From: Acidobacteriota bacterium
Lineage (GTDB): Bacteria; Acidobacteriota; Thermoanaerobaculia; Gp7-AA8
DNA: 64,000 nucleotides
Reading direction: 5' to 3'
Assembly: GCA_021325515.1 (NCBI GenBank)
Contig: JAJPHC010000048.1
Location: 6,742-70,741 of the forward strand
The position numbers were made by a program, and so were the translations under genes. The notes below the pieces were generated by a model. It was not told where the DNA came from. It saw only the letters and a list, made by a program, of their open reading frames with translations, and made no database searches. Positions 11,454-20,016 of this stretch are shown here, piece by piece; position 1 is the stretch's first letter, and every line of letters begins with the position of its first letter.

Positions 11454-12628
11454 AACGAGTTGCTGAAGTCGAACGGCGACTCGTCGGAGAACGGATCGTT
11501 CTGATCCCCGGAAACCGTGAGCTTCGCCTCCATCTCTTCCTTCGAGATGTCCGAGGTCGACTGAATGCCCTGCAGCTTGAGGCGGAACTCGTCGGGATTC
11601 GATGCGCGGCGCAGTGCCTCATCGAGCGTGATGAGCCCGTTCTTGTAGAGCGTGTAGAGCGACTGATCGAACGTCTGCATGCCGTACTGCGACGTGCCCT
11701 GCGCGATCGCGTCCTTGATCAGCTTCGTCTTTTCCTTGTTCTCGATACAGTCGCGAATGTAGCCGGTCGAGATCAGAATCTCCGCGGCGGGCACGCGGCC
11801 GAGGCCGTCGGCGCGCGGCAGAAGGCGCAGCGAGACGACCGCCTTCAGCACCGCAGCGAGCTGCAGACGGATCTGCTTCTGCTGGTGCGGCGGGAACACC
11901 GAGATGATGCGGTTGATCGTCTCCGTGGCATCCATCGTGTGCAGCGTCGAGAGCACCAGGTGCCCCGTCTCCGCCGCCGTGAGCGCGGTCTCGATCGTTT
12001 CGTAGTCGCGCATTTCGCCGACGAGAATGACGTCGGGATCCTGACGCAGAGCGCTGCGCAGCGCCTGCGAGAACGACTTCGTGTCGACTTCGATCTCGCG
12101 CTGATTCACGATCGACTTCTTGTCGCGATGCAGGAACTCGATCGGATCCTCGACGGTCATGATGTGCTCGGTGCGATGCGAGTTGATGTAGTCGATCATC
12201 GCGGCGAGCGTCGTCGACTTTCCGGAGCCTGTCGTCCCCGTGCAGAGGATCAGCCCGCGCCGCTCTTCGGCGATCTTCTCGAGCACCACCGGCAGCATCA
12301 GCTCGCGGATCGAGAGAATCTTCACCGGGATCACGCGGAGGACCATGCCCACCGTACCGCGCTGCTGGAAGATGTTGCAGCGGAACCGGCCGAGGCCGGG
12401 AACCGAGTAGGCGATATCGATCTCGTAGTTGTTCTTGAACTTCTCTTTCTGCCGCGAGGACATGATCGAGAAAGCCATGGCGATCGTGTCTTCCTGCATC
12501 AGCCGCTTCAGCTCCACGAGCGGAAGCAGCTCGCCGTCGACGCGGATGACAGGATGCGAGCCCACCTTGATGTGAAGGTCCGACGCGCGTCGTTCAGCAG
12601 CAATCTTCAGCAGATCATTGATATGCAC
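11450..12628 (-). CDS. pilT: Type IV pilus retraction ATPase PilT/PilU family
   Basis: ASDLHIKVG, GTTGSGKSTT, EDPIEF, LRQDPDVILVGEMRD, TGHLVLSTLHT, GMQTFDQSL. Confidence 0.95.
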   Translation of the reverse strand: MHINDLLKIAAERRASDLHIKVGSHPVIRVDGELLPLVELKRLMQEDTIAMAFSIMSSRQKEKFKNNYEIDIAYSVPGLGRFRCNIFQQRGTVGMVLRVIPVKILSIRELMLPVVLEKIAEERRGLILCTGTTGSGKSTTLAAMIDYINSHRTEHIMTVEDPIEFLHRDKKSIVNQREIEVDTKSFSQALRSALRQDPDVILVGEMRDYETIETALTAAETGHLVLSTLHTMDATETINRIISVFPPHQQKQIRLQLAAVLKAVVSLRLLPRADGLGRVPAAEILISTGYIRDCIENKEKTKLIKDAIAQGTSQYGMQTFDQSLYTLYKNGLITLDEALRRASNPDEFRLKLQGIQSTSDISKEEMEAKLTVSGDQNDPFSDESPFDFSNSL

Positions 12629-12673
12629 GGGTCACCTCGCTAGGCTGTTGAAGAATCATTCTAACCTCTTGCG

Positions 12674-13312
12674 ATGCTGAGCGATCTCTCACTCCCCTAC
12701 GTTCTGAAGGTTCCATCACGCCGTCCTGATATCGACGAGCTTCCACTCGTCGTCGTCCTTCATGGCCGCGGCGCGGATGCGAATGACCTCTCCGATCTCG
12801 CTCCCTACCTCGGCGAGGATTATCGATTCGTCTTTCCGAATGCTCCGAAGCCTTTTCAGCCGATGCCGGGCTACTCCTTCGGGTACACATGGTTCGACGG
12901 CTGGCCCGCGGACCACATGTCCCTCACCGCCTCGCGCAAGCTGCTGCTGCAGTTTTTGCGGGAGATCACCGCGCGGTATCCGGCGCCTCCGGGAAAAGTC
13001 GTGCTCTCGGGATTCTCGCAGGGAGGCCTGATGTCGATCGACGCCGGATTTCGCACAGAGGTCGAGCTCGCCGGCATCGTCGTCATGAGCGGCGCTCTTT
13101 ACGAGCAGGATCTGCCGCCGTTCCGCAGGCTTCCCGTGCTCATCACGCACGGCACGGAGGATGACGTGATCCCGATCCTCGCCGCGCAGCGCGCGCGGTC
13201 GGTGCTCGAGGAACAGGGCGTCGATGTCGAGTATCACGAGTTCCTGATGGGACATCAGGTGAGCGAAGAATCGATGAGGACGGTTGCCTCTTTCCTGGAA
13301 AGAGTCCTGTAG
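12674..13312 (+). CDS. Phospholipase/carboxylesterase (alpha/beta hydrolase)
   Basis: LHGRG, GFSQG, HGTEDDVIP, MGH. Confidence 0.93.
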   Translation: MLSDLSLPYVLKVPSRRPDIDELPLVVVLHGRGADANDLSDLAPYLGEDYRFVFPNAPKPFQPMPGYSFGYTWFDGWPADHMSLTASRKLLLQFLREITARYPAPPGKVVLSGFSQGGLMSIDAGFRTEVELAGIVVMSGALYEQDLPPFRRLPVLITHGTEDDVIPILAAQRARSVLEEQGVDVEYHEFLMGHQVSEESMRTVASFLERVL

Positions 13313-13379
13313 GACAGGGGCCCTCGCCTGTCCCTCCTGGAACGGGCGGCGGGGGACAGGCGAGGGCGCCTGTCCTACA
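13308..13379. repeat. GTAG-type REP doublet
   Basis: TGTAGGACAGGGGCCCTCGCCTGTCC and its inverted partner GGACAGGCGAGGGCGCCTGTCCTACA; supplies the esterase TAG stop. Confidence 0.85.
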
Positions 13380-13418
13380 TTCGGAAATGGCCCGCCGATT
13401 GCTGTTTCTCGCTGCAGG

Positions 13419-14099
13419 ATGAAACCCCTGCTCGCCGTCGCAGCCGTCTCACTTCTCCTCCCCATTGCAGCGCAGGCCTCCCTCGCAAAGGCCGCGTCGT
13501 TCGACGAGAAAGTCGAAAACGCGAATGCGATCATCCTCGGCAAATGCACGCAGCAACGCTCAGGGTGGGATGCCGATCACAAGTGGATCCTCACGTGGTC
13601 GACGTTCAAGGTCGAGAAGGCGATGAAGGGCGGGCAGCCGGCTGAAGTCACCGTCGTCGTTCCCGGCGGATCGGTGAACGGAATCCATCAGGAATCGATC
13701 GGCATGCCGGTGTTCCGCGAAGGCGAGGACAACGTCCTCTTCATCCGCGACACTCCATCCGGTCCGACGGTTCTCTATTTCGAGCAGGGTGCGTACGACG
13801 TCGTGCGTGACTCGAAGGGGACGCGCATCGTGCAGCCGGTCTCCACGGGCTCGGTCTTCATCGACACGCAGCGCGGCACGGCGGCCGCTCCCGAATCGGC
13901 GAGGCCGCTGGCGCAATTCGAGAGCGAAGTCGGCGCGTCGATCCGGCGCTCCGTGCAGCAGCGAATGGACATCCTGCATCCGCGTCCGAAGACGCGTCCC
14001 ACGGCGACGATCGGCGAGATCCTCCAGCGCAATCGTCTGCTCGTCATGCTGACTGCGTTTGGGCTGTTCCTTTCGGCGGGCCAACTGTTTCGGCGCTGA
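13419..14099 (+). CDS. Hypothetical exported protein with C-terminal TM anchor
   Basis: Signal peptide MKPLLAVAAVS; VPGGSV...GMPVFREGEDNVLF; hydrophobic C-terminus. Confidence 0.8.
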   Translation: MKPLLAVAAVSLLLPIAAQASLAKAASFDEKVENANAIILGKCTQQRSGWDADHKWILTWSTFKVEKAMKGGQPAEVTVVVPGGSVNGIHQESIGMPVFREGEDNVLFIRDTPSGPTVLYFEQGAYDVVRDSKGTRIVQPVSTGSVFIDTQRGTAAAPESARPLAQFESEVGASIRRSVQQRMDILHPRPKTRPTATIGEILQRNRLLVMLTAFGLFLSAGQLFRR

Positions 14100-14787
14100 C
14101 GGGACAGTAGAGATCGCGCCGGCGATCGAGATCCTCGCGGACGTTCCGCTTGAACTGCTCTTCCCCACCCTTCGCCATCTGCTCCTCGATGTAGGAGGCG
14201 ATCTCGACGATCTCCGTCCGCATGCGGACGGTCTGGAACAGACGCACCATCGTGTGATCGGGAATCTGCACGTGATGCAGTCCGCCGCTGTAGGCGAGCA
14301 GCATCGGACCTTCCTTCACCGCCATCAGGATGTCTGCGATGCCGCCGCGCACGCTCATCGGATTCCCATTCGCATCGAGTCCGTTCGCGCGCTTCATGCG
14401 GCCTTCCGGCGCGATCACGATCATCGAGTTGGGATCGATCTTGTTCAGGACCTCGAACCAGGTGTGATCTCGCTCGCGCGTGATGGAGATGACGTGATGC
14501 GCGACGAACTTGAAGATGAGTCCGACGAGCGGACGCCCCGTTGTCTTGTCCGCCGCCGGCACGACGCCATGCGCGGCCAGGCGCCAGATGAAGTGGTTGG
14601 GAACGCCGCCGAGGAAGACCGGCTCGAAGAGGCTCGTGTGATTGAGAAAAGCCACGACCCTGATCTTGCGCCAGGGTTTCTTCGGCACTTCCCCAACCCA
14701 CGCAAAATCATGCCGGTAGAAGATCTTGCTCAGGTACTTGAGAAAGACCAGCAGCGAGAACACCGTCAGGCTTCGGATCAGACCCAT
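14044..14787 (-). CDS. Lysophospholipid acyltransferase (PlsC-like)
   Basis: NHTSLFE and APEGRM motifs. Confidence 0.8.
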   Translation of the reverse strand: MGLIRSLTVFSLLVFLKYLSKIFYRHDFAWVGEVPKKPWRKIRVVAFLNHTSLFEPVFLGGVPNHFIWRLAAHGVVPAADKTTGRPLVGLIFKFVAHHVISITRERDHTWFEVLNKIDPNSMIVIAPEGRMKRANGLDANGNPMSVRGGIADILMAVKEGPMLLAYSGGLHHVQIPDHTMVRLFQTVRMRTEIVEIASYIEEQMAKGGEEQFKRNVREDLDRRRDLYCPVSAETVGPPKGTAQTQSA

Positions 14788-14809
14788 GCGCCTAAGAGTT
14801 TATACGCTG

Positions 14810-15523
14810 TCATTCCTCGGCTAACCCGTGCCCGAGAAACTTCTTCGCGAACGCCGGCCCCTTTCCCTCATCCTCATGCTTGAAGAAAACGTACGCGGCG
14901 CTCCAGGGCTGTGCTTCGATCCGCGCACGCCATTCCTCGAGCTGCGTCCCCGGATATTCGGTGCGGCGCAGACGCAGATAGCCCCAGCTCGCCGACGGGA
15001 CGACGACGGACGCGGGATCGGTCACCTCGTCGGTGTCGGAGAGACACATCGCGGCGTCGCGTTCGCGCAGAAGAGAGATCACCTCGTCATCGACCCATGA
15101 GTCGTGGCGGAACTCGAAGGCGACGCGCTGCTCTTTCGGGAGGATCGCGATGAATGAGCGAAGCCGCTGCGCATCCTTCTTCAGGAATGGCGGCAACTGG
15201 AAGAGCACGGGACCGAGCTTCCCGCCGAGCGATTCCACGGCTTCGAACAGCGCGTGAACATCGTCGCCGCAATCGATCAGCTTCTTCTGATGCGTGATCC
15301 GCTGCGGCGCCTTCAGGACGAACGTGAATCCGTCCGGGACTTCGGAAGCCCACCTCGCGACGGTCTTCGCATCGGGCATCCGATAGAACGTGTTGTTGAT
15401 CTCCACGGTGGAGAAATGATTCGCGTAGAACGAGAGCATCTTCGCCGCGGAGAGGTCCTCCGGATAGAACGTGCCCTTCCATTCCTTGTAGCTGTAGCCG
15501 CTGGTGCCGACGAATAGTTGCAT
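14810..15523 (-). CDS. DUF72 family protein
   Basis: GTSGYSYKEWKGTFYP, VEINNTFY, LFQLPP, AFEFRHDSW. Confidence 0.95.
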   Translation of the reverse strand: MQLFVGTSGYSYKEWKGTFYPEDLSAAKMLSFYANHFSTVEINNTFYRMPDAKTVARWASEVPDGFTFVLKAPQRITHQKKLIDCGDDVHALFEAVESLGGKLGPVLFQLPPFLKKDAQRLRSFIAILPKEQRVAFEFRHDSWVDDEVISLLRERDAAMCLSDTDEVTDPASVVVPSASWGYLRLRRTEYPGTQLEEWRARIEAQPWSAAYVFFKHEDEGKGPAFAKKFLGHGLAEE

Positions 15524-15556
15524 TGCGTCTCAGTGTATCGGGATAGTCTCTCCATC

Positions 15557-16303
15557 ATGAAACGGCTCCTGCTGCTGTTTCTCCTCTCTGCCCCGTCGTT
15601 CGCGGGCACCGTCATCGACTACGACTGCCACACCAACGCTTCGGCGAGTTACTCCTTCACGACGCGGGTCAGCATCGACGGGCCGAATGCGCGCTTTGAC
15701 GTGCTGGAGGGGACGCATCCCGTCTTCAATCCGAAGATCACGGTGATCTCCCGCGATGAAGGGGTGACGCTGGTGGTCATCGACCACAAGCAGCACACGT
15801 ACTTCTACCGGAAGACGGCGCCGATGTCGGGCCCCCTGGCGACGTGGAGAGCGCCGGGCATCGTCAGCGAGTCGAATGTCCGATTCGACATCGAGCCCGC
15901 TGGCAAGGCGACGGTCGCCGGACGCGAGGTGCAGGAACACCGCGCACATGCGAGCTATGACCTGAAGCTGAAGATCGAAGACGAGGCTCTCTCCGCTCAC
16001 GTCGACGCGCAGGCGAGCCTCTCGATGATGAAGATGCGCAATGAGGCATTGCCGTTTGGAGTCGTGTTCGCATTCAAGAGCGGCTTCCCCTCGCTCGACC
16101 GCAGAATCGAGCGCAGCCTTCCCCGGCTCGGCATCCCGTTGAAGTTGACGCTGATCGTGACGCGCACGATCAGCGGCGGCAATCCGATCCGTGAAGAGTT
16201 CACCGCGACCGCGACAAACGTGACGGAGGAGAAACTCGACCCGTCACTGTTCCTGGCGCCACCCGGCTACCAATTCCGCGAGCCGACGTTCGGGTATGAG
16301 TGA
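15557..16303 (+). CDS. Secreted protein, DUF4412-like
   Basis: Signal peptide MKRLLLLF; GKATVAGR, C-terminal LDPSLFLAPPGYQ. Confidence 0.78.
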   Translation: MKRLLLLFLLSAPSFAGTVIDYDCHTNASASYSFTTRVSIDGPNARFDVLEGTHPVFNPKITVISRDEGVTLVVIDHKQHTYFYRKTAPMSGPLATWRAPGIVSESNVRFDIEPAGKATVAGREVQEHRAHASYDLKLKIEDEALSAHVDAQASLSMMKMRNEALPFGVVFAFKSGFPSLDRRIERSLPRLGIPLKLTLIVTRTISGGNPIREEFTATATNVTEEKLDPSLFLAPPGYQFREPTFGYE

Positions 16304-16324
16304 TTGGGGCCGAGGCCCCTCACC

Positions 16325-16768
16325 CATTCTTCATTCTGAATTCTGTAATTCTGAATTTCGCTTTTCGTAGCCCGCTCCATTCGTCCCTTTCACGCGAGTC
16401 AAAAGCGAAATTCAGAATGCAGAATCACAGAATTCAGAATGAAGAATGGATACCGCGCTAGGGCGAAGTTCCCCGCTTCATTCTTCATTCTGAATTCTGA
16501 ATTCTGAATTCTGAATTTCGCTTTTGACTCTCGTCGAAGCAGCAGACGGGAGAGGGGACGAAAAGCGAAATTCAGAATGCAGAATCACAGAATTCAGAAT
16601 GAAGAATGGATGCCGCGCTAAGGCGAAGTATCCCGGCTTCATTCTTCATTCTGAATTCTGAAGTCTGAATTCTGAATTTCGCTTTTGACTCTCGTCGAAG
16701 AAGCAGACGGGAGAAGGGACGAAAAGCGAAATTCAGAATGAGAATCACAGCATTCAGAATGAAGAATG
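16325..16768. repeat. Array of three ~155-160-bp hairpin units with TTCTGAA/TTCAGAA heptamer arms
   Basis: Units start at 16325, 16479 and 16640; each is CATTCTTCATTCTGAA...TTTCGCTTTT-loop-AAAAGCGAAATTCAGAAT...GAATGAAGAATG; units are joined by a conserved ~30-bp linker. Confidence 0.92.
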
Positions 16769-16786
16769 CGTCGACGAGAGTAGCCA

Positions 16787-17536
16787 CTAGCGCTGATGGT
16801 TGGCGCAGTAATACGTCGTCCTGCCGGCGGCCACCGCGCGGCGGATGACTCCTCCGCAGCGCGGGCATGGGCTCCCCTCCTCGCGCGGCACGTGCAGCCG
16901 CGGCTTCCTCGCCACGGCGCGCATCGTTCTGAAGATCGCAGCGATTTCTTCTCCGCTGAGCTTCGCGCTCGAACGGCGGGGATGGACGCCGGTCTGAAAC
17001 AGCGTCTCGTCGACGTAGAGATTTCCGAGCCCTGCCACGACTTCCTGCGACATGAGCAGCGCCTTGATGGCGCCCGTCCGCCTGCTCATCAGCGCGCGAA
17101 AGTCCTTCAGCGTGAAGGCCGGATCGAGCGGATCGCGGCCGAGGGAGTGGTCGATGATGAAGTGGTCGGGGTCGTCGATCAGTTCCGCAACGCCGAACAG
17201 CCGCACATCTTCGAACGCCAGATGCGAGCCGTCCTCGAAGTCGAACACGATTTTCGCGAAGCGAGGCTGCTTCGACGCATCGCGATAAGCGGCGAGGTCG
17301 CCGGTCATTCCGAAGTGAAGATGCAGCACCGGTTTCCTGTCCGTGTAGACGAAGAGATGCTTCCCATGGCGCCGCACGCGCGTGAACGAACGGCCGCGCA
17401 ACGACCGGACGAATGCGGCGGCGCGCGTGGCGCCGAGGATGCGCTCATCGAGGACGCGGGGGCGGACGATGCGGCGGCCGAGCGCATGCCGCGCGATGTA
17501 GCGGCCGTACTCCTCCACTTCGGGCAGTTCAGGCAT
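16787..17536 (-). CDS. mutM: Fpg/Nei family DNA glycosylase
   Basis: N-terminal PELPEVE, RHGKHL, HFGMTG, GLGNLYVDE, zinc finger CPRC...CANH. Confidence 0.9.
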   Translation of the reverse strand: MPELPEVEEYGRYIARHALGRRIVRPRVLDERILGATRAAAFVRSLRGRSFTRVRRHGKHLFVYTDRKPVLHLHFGMTGDLAAYRDASKQPRFAKIVFDFEDGSHLAFEDVRLFGVAELIDDPDHFIIDHSLGRDPLDPAFTLKDFRALMSRRTGAIKALLMSQEVVAGLGNLYVDETLFQTGVHPRRSSAKLSGEEIAAIFRTMRAVARKPRLHVPREEGSPCPRCGGVIRRAVAAGRTTYYCANHQR

Positions 17537-17559
17537 TCGCGCATGCTACTCTTCGCGCG

Positions 17560-19965
17560 GTGACGGCCGACAGCAGTGTTCGCAGGACGGGACGCGGTGT
17601 ACTGCTCGCAATCTTCTTCGCGTCGGGAATCAGCGCTCTTCTCTACCAGATCGTCTGGCTCAAATACCTCGGCCTGATTTTCGGCAACACCGTCTACGCC
17701 GCGTCGACGCTCATCGCGGTGTTCCTCTGCGGACTCGGACTCGGCGCGTTCTTCTTCAGCCGCTCACTGACACGAGTCCGTCCGCTGCTCGCATATGCGG
17801 CGGTCGAGGCCTTGATCGGCACGATCGGCGCGTTCTCGCCCAATCTCTTCTCGCTGCTCGACCGCGCATACGTCGCGGCGTTTCCCTCCGTGCATGGGAG
17901 CTTCGCGTCGATGACGCTGCTGCGCATCGGCCTCTCGGCGGTGTTTCTCCTGCCGCCGACGCTGCTGATGGGCGGCACGCTGCCGCTCCTCGTCCGCTGG
18001 TTCACCGGCGAGCGCCAGGGCTCGGGAACGGCGATCTCGGCGCTGTACGCGGTCAACACCCTTGGCGCGACAGGCGGCGTCGCCCTCGCCGGCTTCGTGC
18101 TGATCCCGCGCATCGGCCTCCTGGCCACGATCTTCACCGCGGTCGTGCTGAACTTCGCGCTGGCCCTCGTCGCCCTGCTGCTTCTGCGCGCGACGAAGTC
18201 CGCGACTCCGGCCCAATCGGCTAATGCGCCGTTGCAGCAGCCGGGCGGTATCCGTGCCCGCTCCGTCCTCCTGGCATCGCTCCTGATGGGCTTCGCCGCG
18301 ATTGCCGACGAAGTCTTCTGGTCGCGCATCCTCCTCCTGCACCTCGGAAGCAGCGTCTATGCGTACTCGCTGATGCTCTTCTCGTTTCTGGTCGGCATCG
18401 GCATCGGCAGCGCGCTCATCGAGCGCCGCGTGGACCGCATGAACATCGTGCGCGTCCTGGCGATCATCGAGCTCGCGCTCGGCGCGGCGCTCGCGCTGCA
18501 GGTGCACTTCTTCGTCCACTTCGCCGACCTGCTGGTCGCCGTCTTCAGGCCGATGATCGCGATCGGACTGACGTCGCAGTTCCCCACGCTGCTCATCTGC
18601 GTTCTTCTCGCGCTCCTGATTCCGACGGGATTGATGGGCGCCGCGTTTCCACTGACGGTGCGCCTGTACGAGATGAGCGCGGACGAAGGGGAGACGCGTG
18701 CCGTCGGCAAGGTCTATCTCGCCAATACGATCGGCAGCATCACCGGATCGGTGACGGCAGGCTTCCTGTTGATCCACGCGATCGGTTCACAGAACGGCCT
18801 GTTCCTGATGGCCGCGATCAATCTCGCGATCGGCGCGTGGCTGCTGCGTGAGCGCGCGGCGCTGATCCCCTTCGCCGTCCTGGCCGCGGCGGTCTTCTTC
18901 GCGAAGCCGGATGAGGTGATCCGCTCCGCGGGGCTCTTCAAGGACCCCTCGCCGATTCTTCTCTTCCGCGAGGATGTCACGGCGACCGTGACGCTTCGCC
19001 AGCTCGGACCGAACTACCTCTCGCTCGAGCTCAACGGCGTGAACGTCGCGGGCACGTCTCACGACCTCATCGGAACGCAGAAGCTGCAGGGCCATATCCC
19101 GCTCCTCCTGCACCCGAATCCGAAGAGCGTGCTGCACATCGGATTCGGCAGCGGCGGAACGGCATGGGCCGTGTCGCGCCATCCGGTCTCCAACATCACC
19201 ATCGCCGAGATCTCGCCGGAAGTGCTCGAGACATCCGACGCGAAGCTCCGCTCCGTGAATCATGGAGTGCTGCACGATCCGCGCGTCCATGTCGAGATCA
19301 ACGATGGCCGCAACTACGTGCTGGCCGCGCGCGAGAAGTTCGACGTCATCCTCTCCGACTCGATTCATCCGCGCTACGCGGGCAACGGATCGCTCTACAC
19401 CAAGGACTACTTCGAGCTCTGCAGACGGCGTCTGAACCCCGGCGGCATCGTCTCGATGTGGCTCCCGATGTACTCGCTGACGACGCGGAACTATCTGCAG
19501 ATCGTCCGCGCGTTCCGCGATGTTTTCCCGAACACGACGATCTGGTACGTGCCGAACATCCCGAACGCATTCACGATCGTCATCGGACGGATGGAGCCCG
19601 GCCCGATTCCCTTCGACCGGATCGCGGCGCACTGGACTCCGGCGGTCTCGCAGGAGCTGTCCGAGATCGGCATGGGAGAGCCGGGCACACTCGCTTCGGC
19701 ATTCCTCTGCGGACCGGCGGACGTGGAGCGGATCACGCGCGATATCCCGCCGCACATCGACGATCTCCCCTCCGTCGAGTACGAGAGCGGGCGGCTGCTC
19801 GATCGCGATCGCGTCTGGTACGAGACCTTCTCCCTGCTGACGCACAACATGACGCCATTCGCGAGAGCGATGCAGTCGAACCATCTGAACTTCGAAGCAG
19901 CCGACCGCTGGCGCGGAAGGCTGATGGCGCAGCATTTGACGACGCTGCGGCAGATGTTCAAATGA
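17560..19965 (+). CDS. Fused multi-TM (MFS-like)/spermidine synthase-fold protein
   Basis: GTG 17560; SGISALLYQIVW, LMGGTLP, VLHIGFGSG, NDGRNYV, FDVILSD, SLYTKDYF. Confidence 0.92.
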   Translation: MTADSSVRRTGRGVLLAIFFASGISALLYQIVWLKYLGLIFGNTVYAASTLIAVFLCGLGLGAFFFSRSLTRVRPLLAYAAVEALIGTIGAFSPNLFSLLDRAYVAAFPSVHGSFASMTLLRIGLSAVFLLPPTLLMGGTLPLLVRWFTGERQGSGTAISALYAVNTLGATGGVALAGFVLIPRIGLLATIFTAVVLNFALALVALLLLRATKSATPAQSANAPLQQPGGIRARSVLLASLLMGFAAIADEVFWSRILLLHLGSSVYAYSLMLFSFLVGIGIGSALIERRVDRMNIVRVLAIIELALGAALALQVHFFVHFADLLVAVFRPMIAIGLTSQFPTLLICVLLALLIPTGLMGAAFPLTVRLYEMSADEGETRAVGKVYLANTIGSITGSVTAGFLLIHAIGSQNGLFLMAAINLAIGAWLLRERAALIPFAVLAAAVFFAKPDEVIRSAGLFKDPSPILLFREDVTATVTLRQLGPNYLSLELNGVNVAGTSHDLIGTQKLQGHIPLLLHPNPKSVLHIGFGSGGTAWAVSRHPVSNITIAEISPEVLETSDAKLRSVNHGVLHDPRVHVEINDGRNYVLAAREKFDVILSDSIHPRYAGNGSLYTKDYFELCRRRLNPGGIVSMWLPMYSLTTRNYLQIVRAFRDVFPNTTIWYVPNIPNAFTIVIGRMEPGPIPFDRIAAHWTPAVSQELSEIGMGEPGTLASAFLCGPADVERITRDIPPHIDDLPSVEYESGRLLDRDRVWYETFSLLTHNMTPFARAMQSNHLNFEAADRWRGRLMAQHLTTLRQMFK

Positions 19966-19970
19966 ACCGT

Positions 19971-20014
19971 TCATCCCGAGCGCAGCGAGGGATCGCTTCG
20001 CTCGGTCGGGATGA
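19971..20014. repeat. REP-like hairpin between convergent genes
   Basis: TCATCCCGA...TCGGGATGA; same family as 1421-1540. Confidence 0.7.
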
Positions 20015-20016
20015 AC

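Noticed and set aside
16325-16768. CRISPR array
   Set aside because: Units are ~160 bp with internal heptamers, the intervening sequences are related rather than unique spacers, and there are no cas genes in the window.
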